Shown here piece after piece: positions 45,101 to 53,799 of a stretch of DNA of 64,000 bases; the first letter of the stretch is position 1; every line of letters starts with the position of its first letter. The notes beneath the pieces were generated by a model. The model did no database searches. It was given only the letters and a program-made list of their open reading frames with translations, and was not told the origin of the DNA. A program made the translations under genes and the position numbers. Where the stretch lies: the NCBI GenBank assembly GCA_034521815.1, contig JAXHLW010000001.1, forward strand, positions 279,907 to 343,906, written 5' to 3'. This DNA is from Trueperaceae bacterium. GTDB taxonomy: Bacteria > Deinococcota > Deinococci > Deinococcales > Trueperaceae.

Positions 45101-46093
45101 ATGTCGCACCTGCTTCGCGGCATGGCGGCCGGCGGAGGCATCCGCGTGGTCGCCGCCGATACGACCGATCTGGTGGCCGACGCGGCCGCCCGCCACGGCA
45201 CCACCGCCACGGCCGGCGCCGCGCTGGGGCGCACCCTGACGGGGGCGCTGCTGTTGTCCCACGTTCTGCTCAAGGACCACCGTGATCGCGTCACCGTACG
45301 GCTGGAGGGCGGCGGTCCGCTGGGCGGCGTGATCGCCGACGCGGGCCTGGACGGCAGCGTGCGCGGCTACGTCAAGAATCCCGACACCGAGCTCGCTCCG
45401 CGGTCCGACGGCAAGCTGGACGTCGGTGGCGCCGTCGGCCGCGACGGAACGATCGAGGTGATCCGCTCGCACGCTCCGTACGGCGATCCGTTCTCGAGCA
45501 CCGTCGAGCTCGTCTCGGGCGAGATCGCCGAGGACGTCGCGGCGTTCCTGGCCCGCAGCGAGCAGATCGCGTCGGCCGTCCTGCTCGGCGTGTTCGTACG
45601 GGCCGGTCGCGTCGAGACGGCCGGCGGCATCTTGCTGCAAGCGCTCCCGGGCGCGGACGACGCCGCGCTCGATCTGCTCGAGGCGAACGTCCGCGCCTAC
45701 GGGCAGCTCACCGACGGCCTGAGGGAGGGCGGCCTCCTTCCGGCGATGCACGAGCTCACCTGGGGCCTGGACATGCACCTCATGACCGAGGAGGCCCTGC
45801 CGCTGAGGTTCGGCTGCAGGTGCAGCGACGAGAAGGCGCTCCAGGCGCTGGCCTACTTCACGCCCGACGAGCGCGAGGCGATGATCGTCGAGGACGGCGG
45901 TGCCGAGGCCGTGTGCCACTGGTGCGGCGAGCGTCGGTTCCTGGAGCCCCAGGCGATCCGTGCGCTGGGGGACGCCGCCGACGAGGTGCGCTGTCCCGAG
46001 TGCGCCACGCTCTGGTACCGCGAGGGGCGCACCGTGATGGTGCGCGACGGCGAGCGATGCGCCTGCGGGCGCGTGGTGACGCTGCCGAGCTGA
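45101..46093 (+). CDS. hslO: Redox-regulated chaperone Hsp33, with C-terminal Cys-rich extension
   Basis: ALGRTLT, GSVRGYV, LVSGEIAED, SEQIASA, CRC...CHWC redox switch. Confidence 0.95.
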   Translation: MSHLLRGMAAGGGIRVVAADTTDLVADAAARHGTTATAGAALGRTLTGALLLSHVLLKDHRDRVTVRLEGGGPLGGVIADAGLDGSVRGYVKNPDTELAPRSDGKLDVGGAVGRDGTIEVIRSHAPYGDPFSSTVELVSGEIAEDVAAFLARSEQIASAVLLGVFVRAGRVETAGGILLQALPGADDAALDLLEANVRAYGQLTDGLREGGLLPAMHELTWGLDMHLMTEEALPLRFGCRCSDEKALQALAYFTPDEREAMIVEDGGAEAVCHWCGERRFLEPQAIRALGDAADEVRCPECATLWYREGRTVMVRDGERCACGRVVTLPS

Positions 46094-46125
46094 TCGCTCG
46101 GTCGCCGTCGCCTGGTCTCGCTCGC

Positions 46126-47016
46126 ATGCCTCTGCCCGCCTTCCTCGCTCTGCTCGGCGTCGCGGTCCTCTGGGGATCGGCCTTTCCGTTGATCAAGGTC
46201 GGCTTGGAGGGACTGTCGGTCCCGCATCTGACCGTCGCGCGACATCTCGTGGCGTCGGTCGCGTTCGTGCCGTTCCTGCTGCTCACGGGGGCGCGGCTGC
46301 GCCCGGAGCCGCGCGACGTGCCCTGGTTCCTTCTGCTCGGCGGAACCGGGATCTTCGTCTACCACACGGCGCTGAACGCCGGTGAGCTGCGCGTCTCGGC
46401 CGGGGCCACCAGCCTGATCATCGCGTCGGCGCCCGCCATCACCGCCCTGCTGGCTCGCTGGATCACCGGGGAGCGGATGCCGGTGATCGGATGGCTGGGC
46501 AGCCTGACGAGCTTCGCGGGCGTGGCCCTGATCGTGCTCGGCGATTCCGCGAGTCTCCGCTTCGATCCGTTCGCCGGTTTCGTGCTGCTCTCGGCGTTCG
46601 CGACGAGCCTCTACTTCGTGCTGCAGCGACGCATGTTCGCTCGCTACAAGGCGGTCGAGGTCACCGCCTTCGTCACCTGGGGCGGGACCGTCCCGATGCT
46701 GGCGTTCCTGCCCGGGCTCCCGGCCGATCTCATGGACGCCCCCCTGCGATCGTTGCTCGCGGCCGGCTACATCGGGCTGTTCCCCTCGGCCGTCGCCTAC
46801 AGCCTGTTCGCGTTCGCGCAATCCAGGGCGCCGACCACGCAGGTGACCGCGATGCTCTACAGCGTGCCGGTGTTCAGCCTGACGCTGTCGTGGTGGTTCT
46901 TGGGCGAGGTGCCCAGCCTGCTCACGATCATCGGTGGCGCGATCGCGATCGGTGGCATCGTCGTGGTTCAGCGGGCGCGCAGGCGAGCGATCCGAGGCCC
47001 GGTGCCGAGGGGCTGA
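46126..47016 (+). CDS. DMT/EamA-family transporter
   Basis: LWGSAFPLIKVGL, SAGATSLII, GER, FLGEVP; about 10 TMs. Confidence 0.9.
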   Translation: MPLPAFLALLGVAVLWGSAFPLIKVGLEGLSVPHLTVARHLVASVAFVPFLLLTGARLRPEPRDVPWFLLLGGTGIFVYHTALNAGELRVSAGATSLIIASAPAITALLARWITGERMPVIGWLGSLTSFAGVALIVLGDSASLRFDPFAGFVLLSAFATSLYFVLQRRMFARYKAVEVTAFVTWGGTVPMLAFLPGLPADLMDAPLRSLLAAGYIGLFPSAVAYSLFAFAQSRAPTTQVTAMLYSVPVFSLTLSWWFLGEVPSLLTIIGGAIAIGGIVVVQRARRRAIRGPVPRG

Positions 47017-47046
47017 CGTCGTGCCCCGGCGCCTCGGCCCGGCGCA

Positions 47047-47655
47047 TCAGCGTGGCGAGGCGCCCCGCCCCAAGCGTCGCTCGGTGCCCGCGGCGAGTCG
47101 CCGCAGGTTCTCGCGGTGGCGGTACAGCGCGAGCAGGGCCAGGGTCGTCGCGAGCGCGAGGTCGGGGAAGGGGAACACGCCCGAGGCGACCAGGAACAGC
47201 GGCGCGGAGACCATGCCCACGATCGATCCCAGCGAGACGTAACGGCCGATGGCGATCGTGAAGATCCCGATCACGGCGGCGACGATCGTGACCACCGGGT
47301 TCACGACGAGAAACACGCCCATGCTCGTGGCGATCCCCTTGCCGCCGCGCATGCCCAGGAAGACGTTGAAGTTGTTGCCCAGCACGATCGCGAGTCCCGT
47401 CGCGGCGACGGTCCACTGGTCCATGCCCAGGAGCAGTGGCAGCGCCGTCGCGAGCGCGCCCTTGACCGGATCCATCAGCACGACGAACAGCGCTGGGCCG
47501 ACGCCCAGCGTGCGGAGCACGTTCGTGGCGCCGATGTTTCCCGACCCCGACTTCTGAATGTCGACGCCACGGGCACGCGCCACGAGCCAGCCGGTCGGGA
47601 TCGTCCCGACGAGGTAGCCGATGACGAGGAAAGGAATCGCGAGCAGTTCGGACAC
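47047..47655 (-). CDS. plsY: Glycerol-3-phosphate acyltransferase
   Basis: YLVGTIPTG, GSGNIGATNVLR, GGKGIATSMG, RHRENLRRL..GTE; GGAGG RBS. Confidence 0.95.
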   Translation of the reverse strand: MSELLAIPFLVIGYLVGTIPTGWLVARARGVDIQKSGSGNIGATNVLRTLGVGPALFVVLMDPVKGALATALPLLLGMDQWTVAATGLAIVLGNNFNVFLGMRGGKGIATSMGVFLVVNPVVTIVAAVIGIFTIAIGRYVSLGSIVGMVSAPLFLVASGVFPFPDLALATTLALLALYRHRENLRRLAAGTERRLGRGASPR

Positions 47656-47809
47656 GGAACCTCCGGACGAAGGACGAGACGCGGGCGGTACGTGGGCGGT
47701 GCGGGAGCGTCGCGTCGGGGTGCGGCTCCGATCATACCGTCCGCTCACGCAGGCCTCCCGGTCACCCGCGGACGGTCGCGGCTCGGGGCGAAGCGGTACC
47801 CTCCAGGGC

Positions 47810-49369
47810 ATGAGTCAGCTGGCCCTGATCGCGCTCGTGGTGGCCGTCACCGGCATCTACGCCGTCCGTTGGACCCGTCGCCTCGCCCCTGGCTGGAGCG
47901 AGCTGCCCGCGAAGACGCTCGCCGCGACCGCGGTCGCGAGCCTGGTCGTGGCGTCCGACGTGGCGGGCGTGAGTGGCGACCCAGCCGTCCCGGCCGTGGC
48001 GACGGCGGCGGCGCTGCTGTTCGTGTTCGCGCCGCTTCTCGTCACGACGCTGGCCAGGGTCGGCGCGTTCGGCCTGGCCGAGGGGCTGACCGCGGCGCTC
48101 TACTGGACGCCGGCGGGCCGCGACGGGCTACGGCGGCTGCGTGCGCAGGTCGCGCTGCGCCGCGGCGACCTGGGCGCCGCCGAGCGCGCGATCCCCAGGG
48201 ACGCGGAGCTGTTGCGGATTCAGTGGCTGGCCGCGTCCGGCCGCTGGCGCGAGGTGCTCGAGCGTCGCGTGGAGGGCGATGGCGACAACGTCTGGCTGGC
48301 GGACGAGGCTCGGATTCGCGCCCTTCTCGAGCTCGATCGTCTGGACGAGGCGGCCGAGCGCGTCGACCGCCTCCGCCAGGCGGCGGCCGAGGTCGAGGCG
48401 GGACCGATCCTGACGCGCGTGGCCCAGATGTCGGAGGTGCGTCTCGCGGCGGCGCGGGGCCGCTTCGACGAGGCCCAGCGGCATCTGCAGCCACCTCCCG
48501 CGGGCGTTCCGCCGCACGAGCTGTTCGGCGTGCTGGCGCAGGCCGCCGAGCGCGGTGGGCACCAGGCGGCGGGCGAGCTCTGGACGCGTGCGTACGCGTC
48601 GGCGCCCCCGCCGCTGCGGGCGCGCTACGCGGAGAAGGTGAAGGAGGCGGGTCGGCCGTTGCCGACGATTCGAATGCGGAAGCCGCTGGGAACGTGGTCG
48701 CTCACGGCGGTGATCGTGGCCGCGTACCTGGCGCAGGTCGGCATCGACCGGATCGCGTCGCCCGTCGCGACGGCGCTCGGTCGGCTCGATCCCAGCCAGG
48801 CGGCGGCGGCGTTCCTGATGGGCGTGCCGGGCGTCAGCGGCGGCGACGCCTGGTGGCGCTTCCTCTCCTACGCGTTCGTGCACGGCAACCTCGTCCACAT
48901 CGCGTTGAACGCCTGGGTGCTGTTCGACATCGGCCGGCTGTACGAAGCGCGGCGGACCTGGGGCGACCTGCTGGCGGCGTTCGCCGTGGGCACGGTGATG
49001 GGCGGGTACCTCACGCAGGTGGCGCAGAGCGGTCAGGTCGTCGTCCTCGTCGGCGCGTCCGGCGGCGTGCTCGGCGTCGCCGGCGCCCTGTTGGCCGACG
49101 TTCTCCGTAGTCGCGGGACGGCCGACCGCGCGCTCACACGGAGTCTGGTGCAGTGGATGGGGCTGATCGCGCTGTTGTCCGTCGCGGTCCCGGGCGTCTC
49201 GCTGTGGGGGCACGTCGGCGGCGTTCTCGGGGGGCTCCTGTGGGGCTTCGCGCGGCAAGGTCTGCCGGGCGACCCGCGCCTCTCGGATGCCGCGGGCATC
49301 GTGTCGGCAGGCGTTCTGACCGTCGCGTTCGCCGCGGCGGTGAGCGTCGCGATGTCCCTGCTGGCCTGA
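47810..49369 (+). CDS. Rhomboid intramembrane serine protease with N-terminal TM and helical-repeat region
   Basis: WWRFLSYAFVHGNLVHIALN, VGASGG, GHVGG. Confidence 0.9.
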   Translation: MSQLALIALVVAVTGIYAVRWTRRLAPGWSELPAKTLAATAVASLVVASDVAGVSGDPAVPAVATAAALLFVFAPLLVTTLARVGAFGLAEGLTAALYWTPAGRDGLRRLRAQVALRRGDLGAAERAIPRDAELLRIQWLAASGRWREVLERRVEGDGDNVWLADEARIRALLELDRLDEAAERVDRLRQAAAEVEAGPILTRVAQMSEVRLAAARGRFDEAQRHLQPPPAGVPPHELFGVLAQAAERGGHQAAGELWTRAYASAPPPLRARYAEKVKEAGRPLPTIRMRKPLGTWSLTAVIVAAYLAQVGIDRIASPVATALGRLDPSQAAAAFLMGVPGVSGGDAWWRFLSYAFVHGNLVHIALNAWVLFDIGRLYEARRTWGDLLAAFAVGTVMGGYLTQVAQSGQVVVLVGASGGVLGVAGALLADVLRSRGTADRALTRSLVQWMGLIALLSVAVPGVSLWGHVGGVLGGLLWGFARQGLPGDPRLSDAAGIVSAGVLTVAFAAAVSVAMSLLA

Positions 49370-49415
49370 CCCGGCAGCGGCCGTCCGGCAGTGCCGAGGT
49401 GTCGGGACGCGAGCG

Positions 49416-50822
49416 CTACGGACGTCCGCAGCGACGGTCGGTCCCGAGCGCGGCGTCGGCGCAGGTCACGCCGAAGCCGATCTCGTACGTCGCATCGGGA
49501 TCGGGACGCAGGGCCGTCGTCAGGAGTCGGGCGTAGACGTCGTGCGCACTCAGCGACGCGTCGTGCGAAAACAGCAGGGCCGCCACCCCGGCCACGTAGG
49601 GCGTCGCCATCGAGGTGCCGACCAGGTAGCCGTACGGCTCCGTCTGGAAGACGTTGCTGGGCAGTGCGCTGAGAATCCCGTCGTCGATGGCGCTGTAGCC
49701 ACCGGGCGCCGCGAGATCCACGAGGCGGTCGTTCCTGTCGTAGTTCGAGAAGGCGCTGCGGTCCATGCTCTGGTCCACGGAGCCGACCGCGATGGCGCAC
49801 GGTCCGTTCGCGGGGGCGGAGATGCCTGCCCCGGACGCGGCGCCGTTCGTGTTGCCCGTCGCGGCGAAGGTCAGGCTGCCAGCCGCCCGTGCTGTCCGGA
49901 TCGCGTCCTCGATCGCTGGGATCGGCTCGGTCGCGGGGGCGTCGGTTCCCAGACTGATCGAGATCACGCGTGCCGGCTCGCTGGGCGGCGGCGCCGCGAC
50001 GCTCGGGTCGTCGAGGCCGATCGCGAAATAGATCGCGTCCACGACGCTGCTGGTGTCGATCGAGCCGTTCGCGTCCGCCACCTTGAGCGGAAGCAGGCGC
50101 ACGCCGGTCGGTGCGACGCCGACGATCTTCCCGCCGCCAGCGCGACCTCCGGCGATGCTGGCGACGTGGGTGCCGTGCGGGTCGGTGGTGGACACGTCGG
50201 CGTCCCCGTCGGTGAAGTCCCAGCCGGGGTCGAACGCGTCCTGGAGATCGGGATGGTCGACATCGAAGCCGGCGTCGATCACCGCGATGGTGACGTCCGC
50301 CGAGCCGGTTTCGATCGTCCACGCCGTGGGAAGGCCGAAGTCGGTGAGGTGCCACTGGTCGCTCAGGTAGTCGTCGTCGGGGACGGCCTGGCGCACCAGT
50401 GGAACGTCGGGGTGGAGGTAGCGGACGTCGGGGTCGGCGAGCAGCGCCAGTGGATCGAAGCCGGGACCGCTGGCGCGGACCAGCTCGCTCCTTGGACCCA
50501 GCGTCGCTAGCCGGGCGACGTCGTGGCGTGCACGGACGCTGGCCATCGCCGCGGACGGAAGCCTTTCGGCGCCGATCGCTGCGCCGGGGGCGCGCATGGC
50601 GTCGATCCGGTCCGACTCGGCGTAGCCGACGACCCAGGGAGCGTCGCCGGCAGCGCGAGCGATCCAGTAGCGCGAGGCCGCCTCGTAGTCCGCGTCCTCC
50701 TCGAACGGCCGACAGCTCGAGAGCTCGTGAGCGATCGAATCGATCGGAGGCGTGGTGCAGCCGCTGAGGAGGAGGGCCGTCGCCGCTGCGACGAGGAGGA
50801 GGCCTGGACGGGAGCCGGTCAT
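49416..50822 (-). CDS. S8 subtilisin-like serine protease, lipoprotein
   Basis: Lipobox LLSGC; catalytic triad IDAG / HGTHVA / GTSMATP. Confidence 0.93.
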   Translation of the reverse strand: MTGSRPGLLLVAAATALLLSGCTTPPIDSIAHELSSCRPFEEDADYEAASRYWIARAAGDAPWVVGYAESDRIDAMRAPGAAIGAERLPSAAMASVRARHDVARLATLGPRSELVRASGPGFDPLALLADPDVRYLHPDVPLVRQAVPDDDYLSDQWHLTDFGLPTAWTIETGSADVTIAVIDAGFDVDHPDLQDAFDPGWDFTDGDADVSTTDPHGTHVASIAGGRAGGGKIVGVAPTGVRLLPLKVADANGSIDTSSVVDAIYFAIGLDDPSVAAPPPSEPARVISISLGTDAPATEPIPAIEDAIRTARAAGSLTFAATGNTNGAASGAGISAPANGPCAIAVGSVDQSMDRSAFSNYDRNDRLVDLAAPGGYSAIDDGILSALPSNVFQTEPYGYLVGTSMATPYVAGVAALLFSHDASLSAHDVYARLLTTALRPDPDATYEIGFGVTCADAALGTDRRCGRP

Positions 50823-50857
50823 GGGCTCAGTGTAGCTTCGCGGGGTACGGTGAAATC

Positions 50858-51886
50858 GTGAGTTCGGACGATTCTGGAGCGACCCGCAAGCGCCGCCACG
50901 TCGAAGCCTGTCTCGAGGCGCCCGTCGAGTACCGGACGCGCACGACCGGGTTCGAGGCGATCGACCTGCCGTACCGAGCGCTGCCCGAGACGAATCTGGG
51001 CGCGATCGATCCGTCGGCCTCGTTCCTGGGCAGGCGCATGTCGGCGCCCCTGTTCGTCGGCGCGATGACGGGCGGGGCCGAGCTGTCGGCAAGCCTGAAC
51101 CGGAACCTCGCGGTCGCGGCGCAGCGCGTCGGGGTCGGGATGATGCTGGGCTCTCAGCGCGTGATGCTCGAGACCCCGTCGGCAGCGTCCACCTTCGCGG
51201 TTCGGCGCCACGCGCCGGACGTCCCGATCCTCGGCAACCTCGGCGCCGCCCAGCTGAACCTGGGCTACGGCGCGGCCGAGATCGTCCGGGCCATCGACGC
51301 GGTCCAGGCCGACGGCCTGGCGCTGCACGTCAACCCGCTTCAAGAGGCGATGCAGCTCGGCGGGGACGGTGACTTCGCGGGCCTGCTCGCCAAGCTCCAG
51401 CGGCTGCCCGCCGAGGTGGGGCGACCGCTGGTGCTCAAAGAGGTGGGTCACGGGCTGGACGCCGGCACCGTCGCGAGCCTGTCCACCGCCGGATTCGCCG
51501 CGTTCGACGTGGCGGGTGCCGGAGGGACCTCGTGGGCGCGGGTCGAGGCGTGGGTGCGGTGGGGCGAGGTCCGTAGCGAGGATCTCGCCGAGTGGGGCGT
51601 TCCGACGTTGACCGCGTTGCGTTCGGCACGCGTCGCGGCGCCCGGTGTCGACCTGATCGCGTCGGGAGGCATCCGCTCCGGGCTCGACGTCGCGAAAGCG
51701 ATCGCGTCGGGCGCGTCGTGGTGCGCCGTGGCGCTGCCGTTGCTGCGGCCCGCGACCGAATCGGCCGAGGCCGTGGAGGCCGTGCTGCGGCGCTTCGTCC
51801 ACGAGCTCAGGATCGCGATGCACGCCGCCGGCGCCGCCGACCTCGCGGCGCTGCGCGGCATCGAGACGGTGCCGCGCCCTGGCTGA
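50858..51886 (+). CDS. fni: Type 2 (FMN) isopentenyl-diphosphate isomerase
   Basis: RKRRHV, AMTGG, GSQR, HVNPLQE, KEVGHG, GAGGTSW, ASGGIRSG. Confidence 0.95.
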   Translation: MSSDDSGATRKRRHVEACLEAPVEYRTRTTGFEAIDLPYRALPETNLGAIDPSASFLGRRMSAPLFVGAMTGGAELSASLNRNLAVAAQRVGVGMMLGSQRVMLETPSAASTFAVRRHAPDVPILGNLGAAQLNLGYGAAEIVRAIDAVQADGLALHVNPLQEAMQLGGDGDFAGLLAKLQRLPAEVGRPLVLKEVGHGLDAGTVASLSTAGFAAFDVAGAGGTSWARVEAWVRWGEVRSEDLAEWGVPTLTALRSARVAAPGVDLIASGGIRSGLDVAKAIASGASWCAVALPLLRPATESAEAVEAVLRRFVHELRIAMHAAGAADLAALRGIETVPRPG

Positions 51887-51983
51887 CCCCCCGACTCCAC
51901 ATCGACCCCTCGCCGAAGGTGCGCCGACCGTGCGCCGACCGCCGTGCGCCGACCGTGCGCTGCCCCTCATTTCTTCTGGCCTT

Positions 51984-52274
51984 TCATGTCTGGTGGCCTT
52001 GCCGTAGGAGCTCGATCACGCGGAGGGCGTCGGGCCACGGGTCGGTGTAGAAGCGACCGTGCTGGTACGACACCACGTCCACGCCCGAGACGTCGAGGTC
52101 CCCGTAGAGACGCTCGAGGACGGGAAGATGGGCCGCGAGCTCGCCTCTGAAGTCGTCACTCTCCATCAGACGCGACGCCACGAGCTTCCGTCTGCCACGG
52201 AAGCGGAACACCAGCAGCAGCATCGACGCCTGCTGGAAGTAGAGGGGGTCGGGAAGGCGGACGTCGGTGGGCAT
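51984..52274 (-). CDS. Small hypothetical protein
   Basis: 96-aa ORF with globular composition and genome-like codons. Confidence 0.6.
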   Translation of the reverse strand: MPTDVRLPDPLYFQQASMLLLVFRFRGRRKLVASRLMESDDFRGELAAHLPVLERLYGDLDVSGVDVVSYQHGRFYTDPWPDALRVIELLRQGHQT

Positions 52275-52452
52275 GATCGGGAGGAGAGCCGGCGTCCCGA
52301 CGATCGGGGGCGTACGCGCGCCCGGGTCGGATCGGCTGCACCGCGCACGAGCCTACCCGATCGTCGAGCGGCCTGTGAGGACGAGGCCGTCGCCCGTAGG
52401 ACGCGGGCCGAGGTCAGGGCGACGATCGCCGCCGAGATGACGGCAGCTGCAC

Positions 52453-52481
52453 TTGCGCGATCGCGCCGGACACCTTAGTAT
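52453..52481 (+). promoter_or_regulatory. Putative sigma-70 promoter of recA
   Basis: TTGCGC-N17-TAGTAT about 80 bp upstream of the AGGAGG RBS and ATG. Confidence 0.55.
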
Positions 52482-52563
52482 TTGAGGCATCGCCTCGACA
52501 CGCCGTTCAGGCGGCGTCGGAACGCACCCGGGGGCGCTTCGCGCGCCCGCTCAGGAGGACGTC

Positions 52564-53676
52564 ATGAACGACAAGACCACGGAATCGGTCGACCTCGCGG
52601 GCAAGCGCCGCTCGCTCGACGCCACCCTCGCCGCCATCGAGCGTCAGTTCGGGAAGGGTGCGGTGATGCGGCTTGGGGACGAGTCGCAGCGGGAGAAGAT
52701 CGCGGTGATTTCGACGGGGTCGATGAGTGTGGATCTGGCCTTGGGGATCGGTGGGGTGCCGCGGGGTCGGGTGGTGGAGATCTACGGTCCGGAGTCGGGT
52801 GGGAAGACGACGCTGGCGTTGCACATCATTGCGGAGGCGCAGGCGGCGGGGGGCGTGGCGGCGTTCGTGGACGCCGAGCATGCGTTGGATCCGAGCTACG
52901 CGGAGAACCTGGGCGTGAACGTGAGCGATCTGTTGGTGTCGCAGCCGGATACGGGGGAGCAGGCGCTGGAGATTACCGAGCTGTTGATCCGGTCGGGTGC
53001 GGTGGATGTGGTGGTGATCGATAGTGTCGCTGCGTTGGTGCCGCGTGCGGAGATCGAGGGCGAGATGGGGGATGCGCATGTGGGGTTGCAGGCGCGGTTG
53101 ATGAGTCAGGCGCTCCGGAAGTTGACGAGCGTGCTGGCGAAGTCGCGGACGACGGCGGTGTTCATCAATCAGATTCGCGAGAAGATCGGGGTGATGTACG
53201 GCAATCCGGAGACCACGCCGGGGGGTCGCGCCCTGAAGTTCTACGCGAGTGTCCGCATGGAGGTGCGTCGCAAGGGGGACGTGAAGGTGGGGGCGGACAA
53301 GGTGGGGAATCGGACGCGGGTGAAGGTGACGAAGAACAAGGTGGCTCCGCCGTTCAAGGAGGCGGAGGTGGAGATCATTTTCGGTCGGGGGATCGACAAG
53401 ATCGGGGATCTCCTGGGCATCGCGACGGATCTGGATGTGGTGCAGAAGAGCGGGTCGTGGTTCTCGTATGGGGAGACGCGTTTGGGGCAGGGCAAGGAGA
53501 AGGCGGGCGAGTTTCTCGCGGAGCGTCCGGAGCTGTTGACGCAGATTCGTAGCGAAGTGACCGAGCGGCTGAAACCGAAACCGAAGGAGGACGCGGAGCG
53601 TCGCCAGCAGGCGTCCGAGGAAACGGTCGATGCTGCGGTCGATGCGGAGGTGGACGCGGACACGATCGCGGCCTGA
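52564..53676 (+). CDS. recA: Recombinase RecA
   Basis: [68 protein letters not shown]. Confidence 0.99.
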   Translation: MNDKTTESVDLAGKRRSLDATLAAIERQFGKGAVMRLGDESQREKIAVISTGSMSVDLALGIGGVPRGRVVEIYGPESGGKTTLALHIIAEAQAAGGVAAFVDAEHALDPSYAENLGVNVSDLLVSQPDTGEQALEITELLIRSGAVDVVVIDSVAALVPRAEIEGEMGDAHVGLQARLMSQALRKLTSVLAKSRTTAVFINQIREKIGVMYGNPETTPGGRALKFYASVRMEVRRKGDVKVGADKVGNRTRVKVTKNKVAPPFKEAEVEIIFGRGIDKIGDLLGIATDLDVVQKSGSWFSYGETRLGQGKEKAGEFLAERPELLTQIRSEVTERLKPKPKEDAERRQQASEETVDAAVDAEVDADTIAA

Positions 53677-53799
53677 TCGGCGCCAGGGTACTCGTAGGGC
53701 ATTCGACACGGGCAGTCGACCCGTACGGATCGGTAGGATGCACGCACTTCTCCCCGTTGTCGCGCGGGCCCGCCGGGCCGCGTCGCGAAAGGAGTGCCG

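Noticed and set aside
52380-52563. Deinococcal RDRM (DdrO) or LexA box upstream of recA
   Set aside because: I see no AT-rich palindrome resembling these; only a plain -35/-10 pair.
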